Under the pieces are notes generated by a model. The model did no database searches. It saw only the letters and a list, made by a program, of their open reading frames with translations, and was not told the DNA's origin. A stretch of DNA of 34,143 nucleotides from an uncultured Actinomycetes bacterium. GTDB taxonomy: Bacteria; Actinomycetota; Thermoleophilia; UBA2241. This document shows, piece by piece, positions 26,070 to 33,447 of the stretch. Each line of letters begins with the position of its first letter. The stretch's first letter is position 1. The position numbers were made by a program, and so were the translations under genes. The stretch covers positions 1-34,143 of the forward strand of contig CAVWIH010000002.1 of assembly GCA_963755025.1 (NCBI GenBank), read 5' to 3'.

Positions 26070-26438
26070 GTGGCGCGCCGCGGCCTGGCCTGGCTGACCA
26101 TCGGGCGCCTCGAGGTGGCGGCGGTGGTGCTGGCCGCCCTGGCCGGCCTCTACAGCCTGGCGACGAGCGACCAGGCGTCTGTGCGCATGGCCATCGTCGT
26201 GCTGGCGCCCGCGCTCGAGGCGGCCCTGCCCCTGGCGGCGCGGCGGTTTGCTCCGGGGCGCCGACACTCGGCGCGCGTGATCGCCGCTTTACTGGTGTCG
26301 TTCTACGTGGCCTTCGCGCCCATCGGCATCGACAACTACCTGTACCTGCCGGCCGTGGTGGTGCTGCTCGCGGTGATCGTCGTGAGCAACCGCGAGCGCT
26401 GGCGCGAGATCCGTTCGCGCGGCGACGGGGAGCGCTGA
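26070..26438 (+). CDS. Hypothetical small membrane protein (~122 aa, about four hydrophobic segments)
   Basis: GTG 1 bp after the truA stop; coding-like codon usage; hydrophobic stretches and a basic C-terminal tail. Confidence 0.7.
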   Translation: MARRGLAWLTIGRLEVAAVVLAALAGLYSLATSDQASVRMAIVVLAPALEAALPLAARRFAPGRRHSARVIAALLVSFYVAFAPIGIDNYLYLPAVVVLLAVIVVSNRERWREIRSRGDGER

Positions 26439-26445
26439 GGCGAGG

Positions 26446-26562
26446 CGGCGAGCGACTTCGTCGTCGCCGCTCAGGCGTGCGTGACTACGTGGCGCGCCTA
26501 GTCCCGGCGAGCGACTTCGTCGTCACCGGCTCAGGCATGCGCGACTACGTGGCGCGCCTAGT
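26446..26562 (-). repeat. Two tandem copies of a ~58-60 bp palindromic intergenic repeat
   Basis: cggcgagcgacttcgtcgtc...gctcaggcrtgcgygactacgtggcgcgcctagt at 26446-26502 and 26505-26562; reverse complement matches the array at 31641-31808. Confidence 0.92.
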
Positions 26563-27814
26563 GACTCAAGAACTTCTGCACGGTGCGCGCCTTGACCGTC
26601 GGGTCGACCACGACGTAGTCGCCGCCACCGATCATCTGCGGCGTGCCCTGCAGCACGGTCTTGAACTGGCGGGCGCCTTTGGCGCGCCAGTCGAGGTAGG
26701 CGAGTTCGATGATTTGGTTGGTCGACAGGTCGGTGCTGACGTCTTTCATGAACTGCGCGCCGATTCCCGGCAGATGAAAGAAGTTGCCGGGGCGGGCGAT
26801 CTTCGTTTCGAGCGCCTGCACGACCTGCTGCTGGCGGCCCATGCGCATGAAGTCGCTGTCGGAATGGCGCACGCGCGAGTAGATCAGCGCGCGTTTGCCG
26901 TCCATGAGCTGCGGACCCTTCTTGAAGTGCACGATGATGTTGCCCGAGTACCACGAGGTGATGTCGGAGGGCACGTCGATCACGACGCCGCCGACGCTGT
27001 CGATGAGGCGGGGAAAGCCGTGGAAGTTGACCACCATGACGTGGTTGACGGGCACGCCGGTAAAGCTGCTGATGACCTTGATGGCGAGCGCCGCGCCGCC
27101 CCAGAAGTAGGCCGCGTTGATCTTCATCTGGCCGTACCTGGGGACGGTGACGAGCGTGTCTCGGGGAATGGAGAGCTGGCTGACGGCGTGCGTGCGGGGG
27201 TCGAAGCGCATGAGCAGGATGCTGTCGGAGCGCGCCGGTTCGTGGCCGCGCTGGTCGGAGCCCAGCACGAGCAGGGTGGTGGGGCTGCTGAGCACGCCGC
27301 CGTGCGAGTCGGTCAGGGCGGCGCGCGTCGTCGTGGTGACGTGACGGTTGCTGCGGGCGACGGCCTTGTCGAAGGTCCGGTAGCCGAGAATAGCCCAGAC
27401 CCCGAACGCAATCGCCAGGGCGAGCGGGATGGCCAGGAGGTACCACCAGCGAAAGCGCCGGCGCGTGCGTGACGGTCGCGTCGCCTCGTCGGCGTTGTCG
27501 GACCGCGAGCGCCCGCGCCGGTCGCTGCGGTAGACGCTCGCCGGTTCGGCCTGGGAGCGCGTGGAGCGCGTGCCGTTCGCGGCGCCGCCACCGCGTCCGC
27601 TGGCGGCGCTGCGCTCGCGGCCGCCGCCCGAGACGCTACGCTCGCGACTGCCGCGCGAGACGTCGCGCTCGCGGCCGCCGGCGGCGGGGCGCTCGCGGCC
27701 GTCGGCGGCGCGCTTTGGCGGCGCGGCGGGCGGCTGTGCGGGGGCGTCGGTGCGCGGCCGCCGGACGCGCGCGGCGCGGTACCTGTTATAGGGCTTGTCG
27801 TCTGCGTGGCTCAT
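26558..27814 (-). CDS. LytR-CpsA-Psr (LCP) family cell-wall glycopolymer transferase
   Basis: Single TM helix, then LVLGSDQR, RSDSILL, SIPRDT, KINAAY, ALIYSRVRH, DFMRMGRQQ. Confidence 0.95.
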   Translation of the reverse strand: MSHADDKPYNRYRAARVRRPRTDAPAQPPAAPPKRAADGRERPAAGGRERDVSRGSRERSVSGGGRERSAASGRGGGAANGTRSTRSQAEPASVYRSDRRGRSRSDNADEATRPSRTRRRFRWWYLLAIPLALAIAFGVWAILGYRTFDKAVARSNRHVTTTTRAALTDSHGGVLSSPTTLLVLGSDQRGHEPARSDSILLMRFDPRTHAVSQLSIPRDTLVTVPRYGQMKINAAYFWGGAALAIKVISSFTGVPVNHVMVVNFHGFPRLIDSVGGVVIDVPSDITSWYSGNIIVHFKKGPQLMDGKRALIYSRVRHSDSDFMRMGRQQQVVQALETKIARPGNFFHLPGIGAQFMKDVSTDLSTNQIIELAYLDWRAKGARQFKTVLQGTPQMIGGGDYVVVDPTVKARTVQKFLSH

Positions 27815-28047
27815 CTGTCGCCTCGTGGTGCGCGTCGCGGCGGCGGCCTGGTGAGCGGGTCTGCCGCCGGCAGCAGGCCGGCGACGCCGCTTACCGGCGC
27901 GCGGGGCTCAAGGCCGCTTGCGGGGGACCCGGTGAGGGTAAGTACGCCTCGTCACGGGGAGTTTCCTTCTCTGAAGCCAGTGTACAGCATGGTATCGTGT
28001 GCCGGAGCGGCCCTTTCGCGGGTCCCGGCGGGAGGTGTCGGTCAGAC

Positions 28048-29035
28048 TTGAGTGCGTCGCGTTCCATCGTGGGTGTCGATCTCGGCGGCACCAAGCTCGC
28101 CGTCGGCCTGGTCGACGACAACCTCGGGATCCTCGCCCGCAGCATCGGCGCCGCCGCCACGGCGTCGCCCGAAGCCTGCCTCGACGACATCTACCGGCGC
28201 CTCGACGAAGCCGCGGCCGAGTACGGTCCGATCGACGCGATCGGGGTCGGCACGGCGTCGATGGTCGATTTTCGCGGCGGCCGTATCGTGCAATCGGTCA
28301 ACCTGCCGCTCCGCGACGTGCCGCTGCGCGACCTGCTCAGCGAGCGCTACGGCGTGCCGGTCGCGGTCGACAACGACGCCAACGTCGCCTGCCTTGCCGA
28401 GTTCCGCTACGGCGCCGGCAGCGGCACGAGCGAGATGATCATGCTCACGCTGGGCACCGGCATCGGCGGCGGATCGTCACGAACGGCAGCCTCTACCGGG
28501 GCGCCAGCGGCGCCGCGGCCGAGATCGGCCACATGATGATCGACTTCGACGGACCGCCCTGCCGGGGTTCCTGTCCGAACCACGGCTGCCTCGAGGTCTA
28601 CGCTTCGGGGCACGCCATGGGCGAGGCGGCCCGCGCCACGGCCCGCGCCCAGCCCGACTCCGCGCTGGGCGCGCGCTGGCCGCCGGCGACGAGGTCGGCG
28701 GTCCGCTGCTCAGCGCGCTGGCCCTGGCCGGCGACCCCGTGGCGATGGCCGTGCTCGACGGCATCGGCGCAAAGCTCGGCCTGGGCATCGTCAGCCTGGT
28801 CAACATCTTCAATCCCGAGCTCGTCGTGGTCGGCGGCGGCGCAGCCCAGGCCGCCGACGTCGTGCTCGGCGCCGCCCGCCGGGTCGTGGCCGAGCGCGCC
28901 CTGCAGCCCAACCGCGATCAGGTGCGTATCGTGCCGGCTCGCCACGGGGTCGATGCCGGCGTGCTCGGCGCCGCGGCGCTCGCCATCATCGAGCTGTTCC
29001 CCGACGAAGCCCCGGCGCGCGGTCGCTCGCTGTAA
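28048..29035 (+). CDS. ROK-family glucokinase, with apparent frameshifts near 28470 and 28670
   Basis: GVDLGGTK, DNDAN, LTLGTGIGGG, AEIGH..C...CP..GCLE, VVVGGG, AGVLGAA over three frames; TTG start with GGAGGT SD. Confidence 0.88.
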
Positions 29036-29077
29036 ACGGCGGCGGCCGGGTGGCTTGCGGGTCGGCTTGCGGCCGTG

Positions 29078-29106
29078 TTGCCGAGCGCGCGGGCGCCCGG
29101 TATCCT
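29078..29106 (+). promoter_or_regulatory. Promoter of the ferredoxin gene
   Basis: TTGCCG-N17-TATCCT upstream of SD AGGAGGTGA. Confidence 0.6.
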
Positions 29107-29174
29107 TGGAACAGGAACGGTCAATCGTGGGCGAACGCCACCCGGCTTCGCCCGACAGGAGGTGACAAGGCCAC

Positions 29175-29345
29175 ATGGCGCACAAGATCACTGATGAATG
29201 CCTCGCTTGCGCGGCTTGCGTAGACGAGTGCCCCGAGGGCGCGATCTCCGAAGGCGACGACATCTACGTCATCGACGCTGAGCTCTGCACCGACTGCGGC
29301 ACCTGCGTCGACTCGTGCCCCAACGAAGCCATCGTCGCCGAGTAA
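29175..29345 (+). CDS. 2[4Fe-4S] clostridial-type ferredoxin (56 aa); not in the ORF track
   Basis: Read manually: MAHKITDECLACAACVDECPEGAISEGDDIYVIDAELCTDCGTCVDSCPNEAIVAE, two CxxCxxCxxxCP motifs; SD AGGAGGTGA. Confidence 0.97.
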   Translation: MAHKITDECLACAACVDECPEGAISEGDDIYVIDAELCTDCGTCVDSCPNEAIVAE

Positions 29346-29422
29346 CCTCACTCAAACCACCCCGGATGCCAGGCGGCGCGGCCCGATAAGGCCCAGGCGC
29401 CGACCTGGCGGCCGATCTTTTC

Positions 29423-29476
29423 CGTGCGGGGGCGGGGTGCGCGCAGAAAGGCGCGGACCCCGCCCCCACACGTTTT
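29423..29476 (+). terminator. Probable terminator after ferredoxin
   Basis: gggggcgggg...ccccgccccc stem extended by cgtg/cacg, followed by tttt. Confidence 0.55.
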
Positions 29477-29801
29477 AGTGCACCTGCGGCTCCGGGCCCG
29501 GCGCCTCTGTGCGGCGTCCGCCCTGCACCACCCTGCTCGCCGCGCCTCTGCGCGGCGCCGGGCAGGGCGGCCACGCCACTGTCCACGGCGTGCCCTGCCG
29601 GGCCCGGCACAAGCCGTCGCCACCGCTGGCCACAACACTGCAGTCGGCGAGCCGCGCGGTCGATACCTACAGTCAAGCGGGACCCACAGCCCGCGACCCC
29701 TCGGGAGGGGCGGCGACCGCGGCCAAGCGGCATTCGCCCTCCCGACACGGTGTCGCCGGTCGCGGGTCCCGCTTTGCGCTTCCTTGTGAGAGGATGCGTG
29801 C

Positions 29802-30632
29802 GTGCTCTACGTCTGCGCCACACCTATCGGCAACCTGGCCGACGTCACGGCGCGCGTGCTCGACACGCTGCGCGCCGTGCGGCTGATCGCCGCCGAGGAC
29901 ACGCGCCACACGCGTAAGCTGCTGGCGCGCTACGACATCCACACGCCCCTCACGAGCCTCTTCGCCCATAACGAGGCCGAAAAGACGGCCGTCGTGCTCG
30001 AACTGCTGGCCGGCGGCGCCGACGTGGCGCTCGTCACCGACGCCGGCATGCCGGGCGTCTCCGACCCGGGCGTGCGCCTCGTGGCCGCCGCGGCCGCCGC
30101 CGGGCTTGCCCTCACCGTGCTGCCCGGACCCTCGGCGCCGGTCACCGCGGTGGTCGCCTCGGGCCTGCCCGCCGACCAGGGCTTTCGCTTTGTCGGCTAC
30201 CTGCCGCGCCGCGCCGCCGACCTGCAGGCCGCCTGGAGCGCCTGGGGGCGCTGCGGCGGCCTCATCGCCGCCTTCGAGACGGGGCCGCGCCTGGCGCGCA
30301 GCCTTGCCTGCCTCGCCGCTCTGGCGCCCGACGCGCAGGGCGCCGTTTGTCGCGAGCTCACCAAGGTCCACGAAGAGGTCGCCCGCGGCGCGCTCGCAGC
30401 CCTGGCCGCCAGGTTCGCGGCCGGCGCCAAGGGCGAGATCACCGTGGTGATCGACGCCGGCCCGCCGACCGGCGCCGAGCACGAGGCCGCCGAGCGGGCG
30501 GGGGCGGCGGCGGCCGAGCTGCGCCAGGCCGGTCTGTCGCGCCGCGATGCCGCCGCCGCCCTCGCCGTCTGCCTCGGCGTCAGGCGCAACGAGGCCAAGC
30601 GCCTGGTCGACGAGGCGAGCCCCGACGCCTGA
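29802..30632 (+). CDS. rsmI: 16S rRNA (cytidine1402-2'-O)-methyltransferase
   Basis: LYVCATPIGNL, AAEDTRHT, DAGMPGVSDPG, PGPSA, CRELTKVHEE, KGEI. Confidence 0.96.
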   Translation: MLYVCATPIGNLADVTARVLDTLRAVRLIAAEDTRHTRKLLARYDIHTPLTSLFAHNEAEKTAVVLELLAGGADVALVTDAGMPGVSDPGVRLVAAAAAAGLALTVLPGPSAPVTAVVASGLPADQGFRFVGYLPRRAADLQAAWSAWGRCGGLIAAFETGPRLARSLACLAALAPDAQGAVCRELTKVHEEVARGALAALAARFAAGAKGEITVVIDAGPPTGAEHEAAERAGAAAAELRQAGLSRRDAAAALAVCLGVRRNEAKRLVDEASPDA

Positions 30633-30761
30633 GGCGGCGCGGCGCCCGCCCGCGAGCAAAGCGCGGCCGGTACGGCGCACACCACGAGCCGGGTCCGAGG
30701 GCGGCCTGAGGTAGACTTGGCCGCAGTACCGGCCCGTCGGCTGAACAAGGGAGGCGCTCAA

Positions 30762-31646
30762 GTGGACCTGCTTGCCGAGCTGCGCACGCGCACGCTGATC
30801 TTCGACGGCGCCATGGGCACACAGCTCATCGCCGCCGGGTACCGGCCGACCGAGGCGCCCGAGTCGTGGAACACGAGCGCGCCCGACGTGGTCGCCGGCA
30901 TCCACCGCGCCTACCTGGTCGCGGGCGCCGACATCATCGAGACCAACAGCTTCGGCGGCAGCAGCGCCAAGCTCGCCGCCTACCACGCCGCCGAGCGCGT
31001 CGTCGAACTGAACACGGCGGCCGCTCGCTTGGCCTGCGCGGTGCGCGACGAGGTCGCCCCCGGCAAGCTCGTGGCCGGCGACATTGGGCCCTCGGGGCGC
31101 ATGATGCCGCCCCTCGGCAACGCCACCGTCGACGAGCTGCGCGACGTCTTTGCCGAGCAGGCCGAGGCGCTGGTCGCGGGCGGCGTCGACCTGATCGCCA
31201 TGACCACCTTCTTCGACTTGGAAGAGGCGCGCGCCGCCGTGCTCGGCGCGCGCGCCGTGGCGGGCTCGCTGCCGCTCTCCATCTCGATGGCGTTCAAGCC
31301 CTCGCCACACGGCTACCGCACCATGATGGGCGTCACGCCGGCCCAGGCCGCCGCCCGCCTGCTCGACGCCGGGGCCGACGTGCTCGGCGCCAACTGCGAG
31401 ATCACTTCAGAGGAGATGCCCGCCCTGGTCGCCGAGTTTCGCGCCGCCACCGACGCGCCGCTCGTGATGCAGCCTAACGCCGGGCAGCCGCGGCTGCTGC
31501 AGGGTCACACGGTCTACGAGGAGACTCCCGAGCGCTTCGCGTCGTTCATGCCCGCCATCGTGGCCGCGGGCGCGAACGTGGTGGGAGGCTGCTGCGGCAC
31601 GACGCCGGCCTACATAACGGCGCTGGTGCAGGCCCTGGGGCACTAG
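30762..31646 (+). CDS. Homocysteine S-methyltransferase family protein (stand-alone MetH N-terminal-like domain)
   Basis: FDGAMGTQL, HRAYLVAGADIIETNSFG, AGDIGPSG, GANC, PNAG, GGCCGTTP; GTG start after AAGGGAGG. Confidence 0.93.
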   Translation: MDLLAELRTRTLIFDGAMGTQLIAAGYRPTEAPESWNTSAPDVVAGIHRAYLVAGADIIETNSFGGSSAKLAAYHAAERVVELNTAAARLACAVRDEVAPGKLVAGDIGPSGRMMPPLGNATVDELRDVFAEQAEALVAGGVDLIAMTTFFDLEEARAAVLGARAVAGSLPLSISMAFKPSPHGYRTMMGVTPAQAAARLLDAGADVLGANCEITSEEMPALVAEFRAATDAPLVMQPNAGQPRLLQGHTVYEETPERFASFMPAIVAAGANVVGGCCGTTPAYITALVQALGH

Positions 31647-31808
31647 GCGCGCGACGAAGTCACGCCCGCCTGAGCGGGAGCGACGCAGTCGACTCACGGC
31701 ACTAGGCGCGCAGCGAAGCCACGCACGCCTGAGCGGGAACGACGAAGTCGACTCACGGCCTAGGCGCGCAGCGAAGCCACGCACGCCTGAGCGGGAACGA
31801 CGCGGTCG
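31641..31808 (+). repeat. Three tandem copies of the same ~58-59 bp palindromic intergenic repeat
   Basis: CTAGGCGCGC at 31643, 31702 and 31760, each followed by ...gaag...acgc.cgcctgagcggga.cgacg..gtcg. Confidence 0.95.
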
Positions 31809-31811
31809 CCT

Positions 31812-31828
31812 GGCGGCCTGAGGCCGCC
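31812..31828. other. Short perfect inverted repeat abutting the agmatinase stop
   Basis: ggcggcc-tga-ggccgcc. Confidence 0.5.
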
Positions 31829-32750
31829 TACTTCTGGAGCGCGGCGCCGACCGTGTCGAAGATGAGGCGCACGGCGTGCAGCGCCGTGATCTCCATGGGG
31901 TCGTAGAGCGGATTGACCTCGACGACGTCCATGCCGACCACGTGTGAGCGCAGCGCGACCGCGCGCAGCAGGGCCTTGGCTTCGTAGTAGCTGAAGCCGC
32001 CTGGTTCGGGGGTGCCGGTACCGGGCGCGATGCTGGGGTCGAGGGCGTCGATGTCGAAGGTGATGTAGACGTCTTCGCCCGGTTCGATGTGGGCCACGAG
32101 GTCGGCGACCGGCGTGGTCTTGGCCTGCTCGCACCAGAACGTCTTGACGCCGCGCTCGGCGGCCAGCTCGATCTGGTCGGCCGCGGTGTGCAGGCCGCGG
32201 ATGCCGTACTGGGTGACGCGCTGCACGACCCCGCTTTCGTGAGAGCGCACGATGGGACTGGCGTGGGTGAAGCGCATGCCGCCCTCGTCGTTCAGGTAGT
32301 CCATGTGGGTGTCGAACTGCACCAGGTGTAACGGACGGCTGCCGAAGGCCCTGAGCACGGGTAGGTGATCGAGTGGTCGCCGCCGAGCACGACGGGGAAG
32401 AGGTCGTGCTCGAGCAGGCGCGCCACGCGCGCCCCGATGAGTGGGTGGCTGCGTTCGGGCTGTGCGGTGGGCGGCAGGTCGACGTCACCCGAGTCGACGA
32501 AGCGCACGCCGCCCAGCAGGGCCGCGCCCACCTCGCCGTCGTAGAACGGCGCCGCGCCGTCGCGGTAGGAATAGGTGGTGGAGGCGTCGCGCATGGCGCG
32601 CGGCCCGTAGCGCGCGCCGGGCCGGGCCGTGGTGGCCTCGTCGTAGGGGATGCCGAGAATGGCGACGTCGGCGTCGGTGCTCCTGGGGTCGGCGTTGTAG
32701 GGCGCCTTGAAGAAGCTCGCGATGCCGGCAAAAGGCGGGGATTCTCCCAT
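31828..32750 (-). CDS. Agmatinase / ureohydrolase family enzyme, with an apparent frameshift near 32360
   Basis: GIPYD, RPGARYGP, LGGDHSIT, FDTHMD, FDIDALDPSIAPGTGTPEPGG, VVEVNP over two frames. Confidence 0.9.
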
Positions 32751-32865
32751 GGGGGGAATCATACCGGAGCGGTAACGGACGTGGGAGCGCGAGCGCGCGT
32801 TCGAGCGTCGTCACGCGTGATATAGGATAGCGCCCGCGAGAGTCTGCGGAAACGACGGGAGAGCC

Positions 32866-33447
32866 ATGAAGATCCAGCGGAGACCCACCAACGTGCTGCT
32901 GCCGGTGCCGCTCGTCATGGTCACCGTCGCCGGTGTCGACGGCGGTCCCCCCGACGTCGCCACCGTCGCCTGGGCGGGCACCGTGTGCTCGGCGCCGCCT
33001 ATGCTGAGCATCTCCGTGCGGCCCTCGCGACACTCCTACGGCCTGCTGCAGCGCAGCCACGAGTTCGTGGTCAACGTGCCGCGCGCCGCGCAGGTGCGCG
33101 AGGTCGACCTGTGCGGCAACGCCTCGGGGCGCGACACCGACAAGTTCGCCGCCTGCGGCTTTCACACTGTGCCGGGGGCGCTCGTGGGCGCGCCGCTGAT
33201 CGAGGAGTGTCCCATCAACATCGAGTGCGTCACCCGTCATCGCCTGAGCCTGGGCGCGCACGACCTGTTCATCGGCGAGATCCTCGCCGTGCACTACAGC
33301 GACGACGTGGTCGACTCGCGCGGCCGCCTGCAGGTCGACAAGGTCGACCCGCTGGCGTACGTGCAGGGCGAGTTCTGGACGCTGGGCGAGAAGGTCGGCA
33401 GCTACGGCTTCACGGTCAAAGAACAGAGCAACGAGGCCAGAACGTGA
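32866..33447 (+). CDS. Flavin reductase-like FMN-binding protein (flavoredoxin family)
   Basis: PVPLVMVT, PPMLSISVR, EFVVNVP, CGNASGRDTDKF, APLIEECPINIEC, HDLFIGEI. Confidence 0.9.
   Translation: MKIQRRPTNVLLPVPLVMVTVAGVDGGPPDVATVAWAGTVCSAPPMLSISVRPSRHSYGLLQRSHEFVVNVPRAAQVREVDLCGNASGRDTDKFAACGFHTVPGALVGAPLIEECPINIECVTRHRLSLGAHDLFIGEILAVHYSDDVVDSRGRLQVDKVDPLAYVQGEFWTLGEKVGSYGFTVKEQSNEART

Noticed and set aside
26477-27472. 331 aa plus-strand ORF with a repeated MRDYVARLV N-terminus
   Set aside because: The peptide repeat is just the translated DNA repeat, and the remainder is antisense to the LCP gene
29376-29400. tRNA-Ile-like anticodon arm (ggcccgataaggcc)
   Set aside because: Loop is 6 nt, and no D arm, T arm (GGTTCRA) or acceptor stem is present
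29570-29660. Cobalamin riboswitch, suggested by GCCACTG
   Set aside because: Lacks the GGGAA elements and the AGYCAGRAGACC-like B12 box in the right arrangement
30633-30761. SAM/SAH riboswitch upstream of the homocysteine methyltransferase
   Set aside because: No recognisable conserved core of SAM-I/IV or SAH motifs, and the predicted leader is short
31644-31673. Pyrrolysine or selenocysteine recoding at a stop followed by a hairpin
   Set aside because: The protein is complete at the TAG, a second stop follows after 8 codons, and the hairpin belongs to a tandem repeat
31641-31808. CRISPR array
   Set aside because: Units are similar along their full length with no unique spacers, and no cas genes are in the window
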